From contig JBMFRB010000002.1 of assembly GCA_049968255.1 (NCBI GenBank), positions 256,001-320,000 on the forward strand: 64,000 nt of DNA, given 5' to 3'. This document shows positions 8,331 through 17,603 of the stretch, piece after piece (within the stretch, counting starts at the first letter, position 1; each line of letters starts with the position of its first letter). Both the position numbers and the translations under genes were made by a program. The notes under the pieces are model-generated. The model had not been told where the DNA came from. It did no database searches and saw nothing but the letters and a program-made list of their open reading frames with translations. Source of the stretch: Candidatus Sumerlaeaceae bacterium (lineage in GTDB: Bacteria; Sumerlaeota; Sumerlaeia; Sumerlaeales; Sumerlaeaceae).

Positions 8331-9428
8331 GTGAACGCAAAGTCTCCTTTTGTCAACCCGCTAGCCGAAAAGAAAAGTTTTATCCGCAAGTTGCGATCGT
8401 GGTTCCGGCATGCTGCTCGATCTTTGCCGTGGCGCGACACGCAAGATCCTTATGCGATATGGATCTCAGAAGTGATGCTTCAGCAGACGACAGTTGCAGC
8501 GGTTCAGCCCTACTATCGGCGTTTCTTGGAGGAGTTTCCAACGGTTCACCATTTAGCCCGTGCCGATGAAATAAGAGTGCTCACGCTGTGGGCCGGGCTT
8601 GGCTACTATCGTCGAGCTCGAATGCTTCACGATGCGGCGAAAATAATCGTGACCCAGTGGAGAGGAGAATTCCCGCGAGATCCGGCACGCCTACTTGAAT
8701 TGCCAGGTGTGGGCCGATACACAGCCAACGCCGTCGTGTGTTTCGCTTACGATTGGCCTGTTGCTACGGTAGAAACCAATACGGCAAGAGTTTTGAGTCG
8801 TCTTTTTGGAAAAAAGTTATCAGGTGCTGGTGTGACGGCGTGGCATTGGCAAATTGCCAAGGAGCTTCTGCCGGGGCGCGCTTGCCGCGAGTACAACTAT
8901 GCGCTTATGGATCTCGGCTCGCTTATCTGCACAGCCAAAGCGCCGAGGTGCTCCGACTGCCCTCTGCAAAAATGGTGTGCAAGTTACCAACGTGAGCTCA
9001 CAGTCGCGGTTAAGGACTGCCCTCGCAAGGGGCAAACTTTTGTGAATCTTGAGTGGGATATTTTCGTTTTTTTCAAGGACGGTCCGGCACCGAGCATACT
9101 GATGCGCCGTATTCCTGATGGAGAATGGCACGCGGGGCTGTATGGCTTGCCGTATCGTGAGTGCAGTGACATGTGTAGCACTGTGTCGGGCAGTGGCCAA
9201 TTAGCGACAAACGTTGGGGAGTTCACCTTCTATGTCACGCATCACCGTATCCGCGCGCGCGTTTGGCTTTTGGATGGAAGCGCGTGCGCCAACAGGGTCG
9301 GGCTTCACTTGAGGGGCGACAGGGGAGAGCTCGAATGGATTTCGGTGCGCGAAGCACGCGCATTGCCGCTTGCTACACCCTACCGACGTGCTCTTGAGTT
9401 TTTAGAAAAAGCTGTGTGGAAGTTGTAA
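8331..9428 (+). CDS. mutY: A/G-specific adenine glycosylase (likely GTG 8331)
   Basis: LPWR, ISEVMLQQT, WAGLGYYRRAR, LPGVGRYTA, [4Fe-4S] motif C-X6-C-X2-C-X5-C. Confidence 0.93.
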   Translation: MNAKSPFVNPLAEKKSFIRKLRSWFRHAARSLPWRDTQDPYAIWISEVMLQQTTVAAVQPYYRRFLEEFPTVHHLARADEIRVLTLWAGLGYYRRARMLHDAAKIIVTQWRGEFPRDPARLLELPGVGRYTANAVVCFAYDWPVATVETNTARVLSRLFGKKLSGAGVTAWHWQIAKELLPGRACREYNYALMDLGSLICTAKAPRCSDCPLQKWCASYQRELTVAVKDCPRKGQTFVNLEWDIFVFFKDGPAPSILMRRIPDGEWHAGLYGLPYRECSDMCSTVSGSGQLATNVGEFTFYVTHHRIRARVWLLDGSACANRVGLHLRGDRGELEWISVREARALPLATPYRRALEFLEKAVWKL

Positions 9429-9429
9429 A

Positions 9430-10380
9430 ATGAATGTGAAAGAGCTAACAGTTGCCTCGCTCCTAGAGTATTGCGGAAAGGACATGGAGCTGGAGTTGGT
9501 GACGGGGGAGCAGGGGCTCAAGAACGTCATCCGATCTGCCGAAATTACGCGGCCGGGACTTGCTTTTGCAGGGTATCTTGAGGTCTTTTCGCACGATCGC
9601 ATTCAGATAGTAGGCAATACGGAAATGTCGTACATCCGAAGCCTCCCAGCTGGAGAACGTTCGCGGCGCTTCGAGCGTGTCCTACAGTTCGAGATCCCAT
9701 GCATTATCGTGACGAATGCGAATCCAATTCCCGAAGATTTTATCGCCAAAGCGAACGACCACAACGTGCCTTTGCTGCGCACTGCTCTTATGACCACGCG
9801 CCTTGTGAGTCACCTCAATGCTGTTCTGGAGAGATATTTTGCACCGGAAATTCAGGTACATGGTGTACTGCTGGACGTTTATGGCATGGGCACACTACTC
9901 ATCGGTGCAAGCGGGGTGGGCAAGAGTGAGTGCGCACTGGAGCTCGTCGAGCGAGGGCACCGCCTTGTGGCCGACGACATTGTGATTCTTACACGCTTGT
10001 CGAAGTACGACCTCGTTGGTCGCAGCCCTGACCTTATTAAGTATCACATGGAAATTCGCGGCGTGGGAATTCTGAATATTGAAATGCTTTTTGGGGTGGC
10101 TTCGGTGATCCAAGAAAAACGCGTGGATTTGGTGATACAGTTAGAACGTTGGGATGAAAACCGAGAGTACGATCGGCTCGGGTTGGAGGAGCAGTATCAT
10201 ACTTTCCTCGATGTCAAGGTGCCCGAGTATATTATTCCAGTTCAGCCGGGGCGTAACATCTCAATTATCGTCGAAATGGCGGCCCTCACACAGCGTTTGA
10301 AAAATGCGGGATGTAATCCTGCACTTCAGCTCGACAAGAGGGTCCGTGCAATGACCATGCCTCAGGCATCGACGAAATGA
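9430..10380 (+). CDS. hprK: HPr kinase/phosphorylase
   Basis: RPGLAFAGY, GASGVGKSECALELVERGHRLVADD, EIRGVGI, PGRN. Confidence 0.96.
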   Translation: MNVKELTVASLLEYCGKDMELELVTGEQGLKNVIRSAEITRPGLAFAGYLEVFSHDRIQIVGNTEMSYIRSLPAGERSRRFERVLQFEIPCIIVTNANPIPEDFIAKANDHNVPLLRTALMTTRLVSHLNAVLERYFAPEIQVHGVLLDVYGMGTLLIGASGVGKSECALELVERGHRLVADDIVILTRLSKYDLVGRSPDLIKYHMEIRGVGILNIEMLFGVASVIQEKRVDLVIQLERWDENREYDRLGLEEQYHTFLDVKVPEYIIPVQPGRNISIIVEMAALTQRLKNAGCNPALQLDKRVRAMTMPQASTK

Positions 10381-10411
10381 GCAGCTAGGGAAGGGTGCAA
10401 ACCGGCATAGC

Positions 10412-11686
10412 ATGAAATCTATTTCCCCAAGAGTGCTCCTACCGTTAGCGCTGCTTTTTTGCGTATGGCATTCGTTGGCCTCGGAAACTTCATTTATGGG
10501 TCAACTCGATGTTCTTTTTAGCAGGCAGGGCATTATCCGAGTTGGATTAGGAACTTTCCGTGATCCAGTAGTGATCGTGCCACAAGAACAAGCACGAATC
10601 GAAAGCGATGGTCAGCAAATAGATACGATAGGGCCAGGACACTCGGTGACCATTCGACGCGATGGCAGCGGAGCGCTGGTGTTCGATGCTGGAGCGACAA
10701 AACAGAGCGGTCAGCGGTTTCGAATAGCTTCAGACCGCAGCCTGGTATTACGCGGACATGTATATTGGGGAAATTTGGTCTGCTCCTCTCTGCCAAATGG
10801 CGTCCAGGTGATTAACGAGATCTTTCTCGAAGACTACATCGCCTGTGTGCTGGCTGCCGAGATAGGAAACGCACCAGCCGAAGCTCTAAAGGCGCAAGCT
10901 GTTGTTGCTCGCAGCGAAATCGTTAACAAGTTGGCATCTAGGCGTCACAAAGGCGATGGCTTTGATCTCTGCGCCAGCGAACATTGTATGGCGTACAATG
11001 GCGCGAAGGATGTGACCATGGCAATGCAGCAGGCTTGCTCCGCCACGCGGGGCACCGTGCTGATGGCGAACGCTAAAGTCCTCGACGCCGTCTTTCATAA
11101 CATGTGCGGCGGTCTAACAGCTTGCGCGGAGGATGTTTGGGATAGCCCGCACATTATGGGGCTTGATCGAGTCTGGGACAGCACGAATACGCAACGCACG
11201 CCGGCATTTCGGAGCGAAGAGCAAGTGGCTGCGTTTATTGCATCACCGCCCCCTGGAACTTTTTGTGATCCGACGCAGAGCAATTTCCCTTCTTATGCGC
11301 GGAAATACTTTAGGTGGACTCGCCGTCTCGACCGTGATGAACTTGCTCGATGCTGCGGAGCGCCTGTGCGTGATCTCTACATTGTCGAAAGAACCCCAAG
11401 TGGGCGCGTCCGAAAGTTAGCCGTTGTGACGGCCAATGGCACGAGAGTCATCGAAAAAGAGCTTCCGATTCGGAGGCTTTTCGATCTGCCAAGTGGCTTT
11501 TTTGTCATGCGTGTCGAACGGAGGGGAGGAGCCGTTCAAGGTGTCGAATTTCTTGGGGCCGGCTCCGGGCATGGTGTGGGCCTTTGCCAAATGGGGGCGT
11601 GGTCCATGGCAGAAAAAGGGTTCAGCTACGAAGCAATTTTGCGCCACTACTACCCAAACGCGACGCTTCGTCAAATCTATCGCTGA
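10412..11686 (+). CDS. SpoIID/LytB-domain lytic transglycosylase with signal peptide
   Basis: LEDYIACVLAAE, EALKAQAVVARS, GHGVGLCQMGA, ILRHYY. Confidence 0.9.
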   Translation: MKSISPRVLLPLALLFCVWHSLASETSFMGQLDVLFSRQGIIRVGLGTFRDPVVIVPQEQARIESDGQQIDTIGPGHSVTIRRDGSGALVFDAGATKQSGQRFRIASDRSLVLRGHVYWGNLVCSSLPNGVQVINEIFLEDYIACVLAAEIGNAPAEALKAQAVVARSEIVNKLASRRHKGDGFDLCASEHCMAYNGAKDVTMAMQQACSATRGTVLMANAKVLDAVFHNMCGGLTACAEDVWDSPHIMGLDRVWDSTNTQRTPAFRSEEQVAAFIASPPPGTFCDPTQSNFPSYARKYFRWTRRLDRDELARCCGAPVRDLYIVERTPSGRVRKLAVVTANGTRVIEKELPIRRLFDLPSGFFVMRVERRGGAVQGVEFLGAGSGHGVGLCQMGAWSMAEKGFSYEAILRHYYPNATLRQIYR

Positions 11687-11716
11687 TGATTTAGGCAAGG
11701 TCCGGGAACATACCCA

Positions 11717-12328
11717 TCAGCTGTATAGCGATATGGTGAGAAAGTTTGCAAGTATCCGTTTGCCGTGCTGCGTCAAAATGGATTCGGGATGAAATTGGAC
11801 CCCCCACACAGGGTGTTGAACATGGCGGAGTGCCATGATGAGGCCGTCATCTGTCCATGCGGTGATTTTGAGCACCGACGGCAAGCTTTCTTTTTCGACA
11901 ATAAGCGAATGATAACGCGTGGCTGTGAAAGGAGAGGGAATTTCGCGGAAGAGAACATCGCCACAGTGGTGGATTTCACTGGTTTTGCCATGCATGATAT
12001 GGGGAGCACGAACAACCTTTCCTCCGTAGGCCTGGCCGATGGCTTGATGCCCGAGGCAGACGCCAAGCAAGGGAATCGTCTGGCCCAGTTTGCGGACCAC
12101 ATCGAGTGAGATTCCTGCCTCATTGGGTGTACATGGGCCAGGAGAAATCACGATGTGCGTAGGCAATTTGCGTTGGATGTCTTCCACCGAAATTTTGTCG
12201 TTTCGCACAACCTCAATGTCTACCCCTTGCCCAAGCTTGGCGGCGACTTCCGCCCACTGGAGGATTTCACCGAGGTATTGAACGAGGTTGTAGGTGAAGG
12301 AATCATAGTTGTCGATGACGAGAATCAT
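11717..12328 (-). CDS. trpG: Anthranilate synthase component II (glutamine amidotransferase, TrpG/PabA)
   Basis: IDNYDSFTYNL, SPGPC, GVCLGHQ, RYHSL, QFHPES. Confidence 0.92.
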   Translation of the reverse strand: MILVIDNYDSFTYNLVQYLGEILQWAEVAAKLGQGVDIEVVRNDKISVEDIQRKLPTHIVISPGPCTPNEAGISLDVVRKLGQTIPLLGVCLGHQAIGQAYGGKVVRAPHIMHGKTSEIHHCGDVLFREIPSPFTATRYHSLIVEKESLPSVLKITAWTDDGLIMALRHVQHPVWGVQFHPESILTQHGKRILANFLTISLYS

Positions 12329-12331
12329 CGC

Positions 12332-13816
12332 CTAGTCCAGCCCCCTTTGAGCCAGCTCGATTGCCCGCATCATGGCGGTGGCTTTGTTTATTGTTTCTTT
12401 GTATTCGTTTTCTGGCACCGAGTCAGCGACAATTCCGGCTCCCGCCTGGATATAAGCTTTGTCGCCGTGGATGACCACTGTGCGGATGGTAATGCAAGTG
12501 TCGAGATTGCCATTAAAGCTGAAATAGCCCACTGCTCCGGCATATGGCCCACGGCGCACCGGCTCTAATTCTTCGATAATCTGCATAGCCCTAATTTTGG
12601 GGGCACCAGTAACCGTGCCAGCTGGAAACGCGGCACTGAAGACGTCAAATGCATCGAGCCCTTCCCGCAATTTACCGACGACGTTCGAGACGATATGCAT
12701 GACGTGTGAATAACGCTCGACGACCATGAGATCGCTGACGCGCACGCTTCCGTATTCGCATACACGGCCGCAATCATTACGCCCAAGATCCACGAGCATG
12801 ATGTGTTCTGCCCGCTCTTTTTCATCGGCGAGAAGCTCCGCTTCTAACGCCAGGTCTTCTTCTTTGGTTGTGCCTCGTTTTCGTGTTCCTGCGATGGGCC
12901 GGAGCCGAACCTCGTCCCCAGTCAGCTTCACGAGAATTTCAGGGCTAGAGCCGGCCAGCGCCAGGCCGTCGAACTGCAGAAAAAACATGTAAGGCGACGG
13001 GTTTATTGCGCGAAGCGCTCGATAAATATCAAACGCGTCGGTTGTCAGAGAAACCTCGAACCGTTGGCTTATGACGACCTGGAAAATGTCGCCGGCTCGT
13101 ATATACTCCTTGCACCGCTCTACCACCGACTCGAACTCTTCTCTCGTAAAATTTGACGTGAGTTCGGGAATCGGCTGATTCACCGCGGGCGCCGGGTGTG
13201 CCAATGGAGCGGACAATTTCTCGCGAAGTGTTAAGATTTTTGCCACGGCCCGTTCATAGGCAACTTCGGCCGGCGTTGTTTCGTCAATGACGGCATTGGA
13301 AAGAATGAGCATCCAGTGGCGCACATGGTCAAAGATGAGGACTGTGTCTGTGACCATGAAGTAAAGATCCGGGAGGCCGAGATCGTCCACAGCATGCTGG
13401 CCGATCTCCTCAAGATTGCGCACAGCATCATAGGCCACAAATCCGACTGCGCCGCCACAAAACGGTGGGAGGGAAGGATCCGGGACAAAGGTGTACTGCT
13501 TCATGATATGGCGTAGCGCCGTGAGGGGCTGAGAGGACGAGAAGCTCTGCTGATTGCTGCCTGGGCCGATGACCTCAACCACGCCATTTTTCGCTCGTAG
13601 CACCAGGCGTGGTTCTGCGCCGACAAAGCTGAAGCGGCCTATGGTCTCCCCACCCTCGACACTTTCCAGCAGAAAGGAATAAGGAGAGTCCGCAACCTTT
13701 TTGAAGGCTGAGACAGGGGTTTCCATGTCGGCAAGGATCTCACCGTACACAGGGATCACATTGCCCTGACGGGCTCGTTGCAGGAAATCAGTCTTTGATG
13801 GGAAAATTGCATTCAT
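12332..13816 (-). CDS. trpE: Anthranilate synthase component I (likely ATG 13816)
   Basis: LLES, NPSPYM, PIAGTR, EHIMLVDLGRND, AFPAGTVTGAPKIRAM. Confidence 0.93.
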   Translation of the reverse strand: MNAIFPSKTDFLQRARQGNVIPVYGEILADMETPVSAFKKVADSPYSFLLESVEGGETIGRFSFVGAEPRLVLRAKNGVVEVIGPGSNQQSFSSSQPLTALRHIMKQYTFVPDPSLPPFCGGAVGFVAYDAVRNLEEIGQHAVDDLGLPDLYFMVTDTVLIFDHVRHWMLILSNAVIDETTPAEVAYERAVAKILTLREKLSAPLAHPAPAVNQPIPELTSNFTREEFESVVERCKEYIRAGDIFQVVISQRFEVSLTTDAFDIYRALRAINPSPYMFFLQFDGLALAGSSPEILVKLTGDEVRLRPIAGTRKRGTTKEEDLALEAELLADEKERAEHIMLVDLGRNDCGRVCEYGSVRVSDLMVVERYSHVMHIVSNVVGKLREGLDAFDVFSAAFPAGTVTGAPKIRAMQIIEELEPVRRGPYAGAVGYFSFNGNLDTCITIRTVVIHGDKAYIQAGAGIVADSVPENEYKETINKATAMMRAIELAQRGLD

Positions 13817-13845
13817 GCGTGCGTCATTCCATAGCGAGCGAACAC

Positions 13846-14238
13846 TCAAGAGTTTTTGTAAACATCGTTAGGGTCAAACAGTTTAATGCCGTCTTCAACC
13901 CATTGGTCATCTGCAGCTTTGCGGTAGAAACACGAGCGAAAGCCGGTGTGGCAAGCGCCGCCTATTTGCTCGACGCGAAGGACAACCGCATCTCCGTCGC
14001 AATCGAGTCGCACTTCGTGGACTTTTTGAACGTGTCCGGAGGATTCGCCTTTTAGCCAAAGCTTTTTACGCGAACGACTCCAGTACCATGCTCGGCCCTC
14101 TTCGAGCGTGCGCTTGAGGGCCTCGTCATTCATCCACGCCACCATCAGGACTTCTCCTGTTGCTGCGTCTTGAACAACTACTGCGATCAGTCCGCGATCA
14201 TCGAATTTCACACTGGAGAGAAGTTTTGTTGCGTCCAC
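13846..14238 (-). CDS. hisI: Phosphoribosyl-AMP cyclohydrolase
   Basis: [28 protein letters not shown]. Confidence 0.95.
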   Translation of the reverse strand: MDATKLLSSVKFDDRGLIAVVVQDAATGEVLMVAWMNDEALKRTLEEGRAWYWSRSRKKLWLKGESSGHVQKVHEVRLDCDGDAVVLRVEQIGGACHTGFRSCFYRKAADDQWVEDGIKLFDPNDVYKNS

Positions 14239-14400
14239 GGTAAGACCTCGTTCGATTCATATTTTTGGTGTTTTCATAGCTACAAGTTTGTGAATCATGC
14301 AGTCTAGGCAAACGTAAGACTTCGGTGGCGACGTACACGTCGTTTGTTTCAGCACTGAAAAGTCGATTCTCAACGATGCCTCGAGAGAAAGGATCGCAGG

Positions 14401-15666
14401 ATGAAAGTCGGTGTCGTAGGGCTAGGTTATGTGGGCCTTCCACTGCTTGTTGAAATGGCTAAAAGCGGCTTCGTCGCGTACGGGATAGACGTTGATGAAC
14501 GCAAAGTCCGAGCGATTAGCGCCGGGCAGAACTACATCGAGGACGTGGACAGCATAGTTCTCGCCAAACTGGTGGCGGATGGAAAAATCTTCACCACCTC
14601 TGATTGGGACATTGTACGCGAGCTCGACGCCATCAGCATTTGCGTCCCCACCCCATTGCGCAAAACGAAGGATCCGGATGTTTCTTTTATCGTCAGCGCA
14701 GCCGATGAAATCGCCCCACGTCTGCGCACCGGCCAGATTATTATTCTGGAAAGCACAACTTATCCTGGAACGACTGATGAGCTCCTTGTACCCCGATTTT
14801 CGCGAGACGACTTCCGCGTCGGCGAGCATTATTTCCTCGCATTTTCGCCTGAACGTGTGGACCCGGGCAACAAGGTTTATACGACGAAGAATACCCCGAA
14901 AATTGTTGGCGGCGTGACACCTGAATGCACGCGGCGCTGCGTTGAGTTCTACTCGAAGATTTTTGATACCGTGATCCCCGTGAGTTCAAGCAGATGCGCA
15001 GAAATGGTCAAGCTTCTGGAGAATACTTTTCGCAGCGTCAATATTGGCTTAGTGAACGAAGTCGCCCTTATGTGTGACAAATTGGGGTTGGACGTCTGGG
15101 AGGTGATTCATGCTGCCGCCACCAAGCCTTTTGGCTTTATGGCATTCTATCCTGGGCCGGGCCTCGGTGGGCACTGTATCCCCATTGATCCCCATTACCT
15201 TGCATGGAAGCTCAAAACTCTCAACTACACAGCACGGTTCATCGAGCTCGCCAGCGAAATCAATGGCTCCATGCCGCACTTCGTGGTGGATAAAGTTGTG
15301 AAAGCTCTCAATGACGAACGCAAGCCTGCACATGGTAGCCGTATTCTCATTATCGGGGTCGCCTACAAGCCGAACGTCCGCGACGTGCGGGAGAGTCCTG
15401 CCCTGGATATTATGGGGTTATTGCGTGATCTGCATGCAGAAGTTGTTTACCATGATCCGCACGTGCCCGAGTTGAAAGAGGATAGTTATGAGCTCACTTC
15501 GGTAGCTCTGACAGCGGAAGAGCTCAAACGAGCCGATTGCGTGGTCATTGTTACAAATCACAAAGATGTGGACTATCAGCTCATCCTCGATTATGCGCCG
15601 CTTGTTGTGGATACTCGGAACGCGATGGCTGGTCGGTCCGGCAAAGCGCGGATTGTGAAGTTATAA
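14401..15666 (+). CDS. UDP-glucose/UDP-GlcNAc (nucleotide-sugar) 6-dehydrogenase
   Basis: GLGYVGLP, CVPTP, ESTTYPGTT, SPER, GGHCIPIDP, DVRESP. Confidence 0.92.
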   Translation: MKVGVVGLGYVGLPLLVEMAKSGFVAYGIDVDERKVRAISAGQNYIEDVDSIVLAKLVADGKIFTTSDWDIVRELDAISICVPTPLRKTKDPDVSFIVSAADEIAPRLRTGQIIILESTTYPGTTDELLVPRFSRDDFRVGEHYFLAFSPERVDPGNKVYTTKNTPKIVGGVTPECTRRCVEFYSKIFDTVIPVSSSRCAEMVKLLENTFRSVNIGLVNEVALMCDKLGLDVWEVIHAAATKPFGFMAFYPGPGLGGHCIPIDPHYLAWKLKTLNYTARFIELASEINGSMPHFVVDKVVKALNDERKPAHGSRILIIGVAYKPNVRDVRESPALDIMGLLRDLHAEVVYHDPHVPELKEDSYELTSVALTAEELKRADCVVIVTNHKDVDYQLILDYAPLVVDTRNAMAGRSGKARIVKL

Positions 15667-15682
15667 GCACTCCACTGCGACG

Positions 15683-16117
15683 TCAGGTATGCAGTTGCTC
15701 CGTGCCCGAAGCAGATTCGGCTTGCGCTAAACGTGATAGGATGTGGTCAAGCTCATCGACGATCCAGCGCGGCGAATAAATGATTCCTTCGCGCGCAATG
15801 CGCTCGCGGAGTTCTGCAAGCTCTTGGCGCAGGAAAGAGGGTGACTGGACAGAGTGTGGCAATGGGCGCTCTGGAGTAGCGCCGAGCTTCGCGATACATT
15901 CGGCCATGTCGAGAATGTGCTGCTCCCCATGGCGGACGGCGTCTAGAACAGCCTGACGGCTTATTCCGAATTGGCGTGCAATCTCGCTGAGTCTTTTTCC
16001 TTCGATGTGATGAGCATGCAGGCACTCGCGCTGGCGTTGTGTCAGCAACGTAGCAAATACGGGGAGAAGCTGCTGAATCACGCTACTGTAGGGGCATCTC
16101 CGTTTTCGTGGACTCAT
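15683..16117 (-). CDS. YlxM/UPF0122-like helix-turn-helix protein
   Basis: LLTQRQRE...LSEIARQFGISRQAVLDAVR matches the YlxM pattern. Confidence 0.7.
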   Translation of the reverse strand: MSPRKRRCPYSSVIQQLLPVFATLLTQRQRECLHAHHIEGKRLSEIARQFGISRQAVLDAVRHGEQHILDMAECIAKLGATPERPLPHSVQSPSFLRQELAELRERIAREGIIYSPRWIVDELDHILSRLAQAESASGTEQLHT

Positions 16118-16216
16118 GAACCCAACCCGTGCCTCGAGTACATTTTTCGGCCATTTTCGGTAAGGTCTTCGCTTGTCCAACAGAATTGTCAAGATACGCG
16201 GATGACAAAAAGACAA

Positions 16217-16292
16217 TGGAGGCGACGAGCGGATTCGAACCGCTGAATAGAGGTTTTGCAGACCTCCGCCTTAACCACTTGGCTACGTCGCC
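16217..16292 (-). tRNA. tRNA-Cys (GCA)
   Basis: 76-nt cloverleaf: acceptor stem GGCGACG/CGTCGCC, anticodon arm GAGGT-CTGCAAA-ACCTC, T-loop TTCGAAT, encoded CCA. Confidence 0.97.
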
Positions 16293-16351
16293 TCGAAGAG
16301 GAGCGCCTTTCAGCGCAGTCAAAGATACTCCAAATTCAGTAGAATTATTTT

Positions 16352-17164
16352 TTAGCGAGCGACGATTCCAATTCCGTTTTGTTCGGCGAGCGCAAGTGTG
16401 TCGTCGCGGTCAAAAATCAAACATTCTCCTGCTGACACTGCTAAGGCTGTGGCACCGGCTCGCTGCATGGTTTCGATCGTTTTCCGGCCTATCACGGGGA
16501 TGTCAAAACGGAAATCTTGGTGGGGTTTACTCACTTTGACAACGACGCATCCTCTGCCTGCCAAACTTCCTGCTCGGAGGATACACTCGTCTGTTCCTTC
16601 CGCTGCCTCTACTGCCACGACCATTTTATCTTTCACCACGATTGTCTGCCCGATATCCTGACCTGCGATAGCTTTTGCGATGGGGAAGCCAAAATCGAGA
16701 TCCTCCTGCTCGCGCTCGGTGAGAGGTCTGTGCGGAGTGAGAAGTCCGGCCGGTGGCATAAGGGATTTGAGAAAAAGACTCGAATCAAGAACATGAACCC
16801 CCTCCTTCTCAAACTCCTCACTGATCAATCCGAGCAAGGTGTCGGCTTTTTTGTTTGCTGCTCGTGCTAGAAGCTTCACAGCGCGCCAATCCAAATGGCG
16901 ATATTGAAAAATGGTCGTGTGAGGTACTCTTCCGGCCAGGATAAGATTGTGCACGCCGTTGCTGCGAAGTATCTCAATGGCTCGGTTGAGCTGGCCGAGT
17001 TCCAGCCATTCGATGTGTCGGCAGACTTGACCAAGATCCTCCTCAGCAAAACCTCGGATTGCGAGAATAAAAACCTCGGTTCCTGCGCTCTTGGCTGCGC
17101 GCGCGACAAGTTTCGGAAAATCTCCGGCGCCAGCAATTATTCCAAGACGTTGTGGAATCTCCAT
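16352..17164 (-). CDS. lpxI: UDP-2,3-diacylglucosamine diphosphatase LpxI (DUF1009); start 17164 or 17215
   Basis: LGIIAGAG.FP, DIGQT, AVEAAEGTD, KP.QD.RFD.P.IG. Confidence 0.9.
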   Translation of the reverse strand: MEIPQRLGIIAGAGDFPKLVARAAKSAGTEVFILAIRGFAEEDLGQVCRHIEWLELGQLNRAIEILRSNGVHNLILAGRVPHTTIFQYRHLDWRAVKLLARAANKKADTLLGLISEEFEKEGVHVLDSSLFLKSLMPPAGLLTPHRPLTEREQEDLDFGFPIAKAIAGQDIGQTIVVKDKMVVAVEAAEGTDECILRAGSLAGRGCVVVKVSKPHQDFRFDIPVIGRKTIETMQRAGATALAVSAGECLIFDRDDTLALAEQNGIGIVAR

Positions 17165-17218
17165 GAAATTACCTAGGGAAAGGCACGAACGAGTTCGCTT
17201 AGTAGAGCTTTCCATCTC

Positions 17219-17533
17219 TCATTTGGTTTTGCGCCGCCCCGCGGGTGAGCTGTTGCCAGCGATTTCGGGACTTTCCAGCGTGTCAAGGCCCTCGGCGGGG
17301 CGGGCAATGACATGGGCCGAGATTAGCTCGCCGACGGCGCGCGCTGCTTGAGCACCAGCATCCACAGCAGCTTTCACCGACGCCACGTCACCATGGAGAA
17401 ATATCGTCACAAGTCCGCCGTCTGCTTTCTGGCGCGCTACTACCCACACTTCACCAGCCTTTGCCGCTGCATCCGTAGCAGCAATGAGTCCCACATAACC
17501 GCGAGTTTCTATGAGGCCAAGGGCTTCGTGCAT
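17219..17533 (-). CDS. Bacterial microcompartment shell hexamer protein (BMC-H)
   Basis: ALGLIETRG, DAAAKA, GDVASVKAAVDAG, HVIARP. Confidence 0.92.
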   Translation of the reverse strand: MHEALGLIETRGYVGLIAATDAAAKAGEVWVVARQKADGGLVTIFLHGDVASVKAAVDAGAQAARAVGELISAHVIARPAEGLDTLESPEIAGNSSPAGRRKTK

Positions 17534-17603
17534 CGCTTTTCCTCATGCGTCAAAAATGCCTAGTTTATTCGGCTCTCAATATCGTGAGCATTGACTCGAT
17601 AAC

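Noticed and set aside
16217-16292. tRNA-Cys as an island integration site
   Set aside because: I saw no duplicated 3' end and no integrase nearby.
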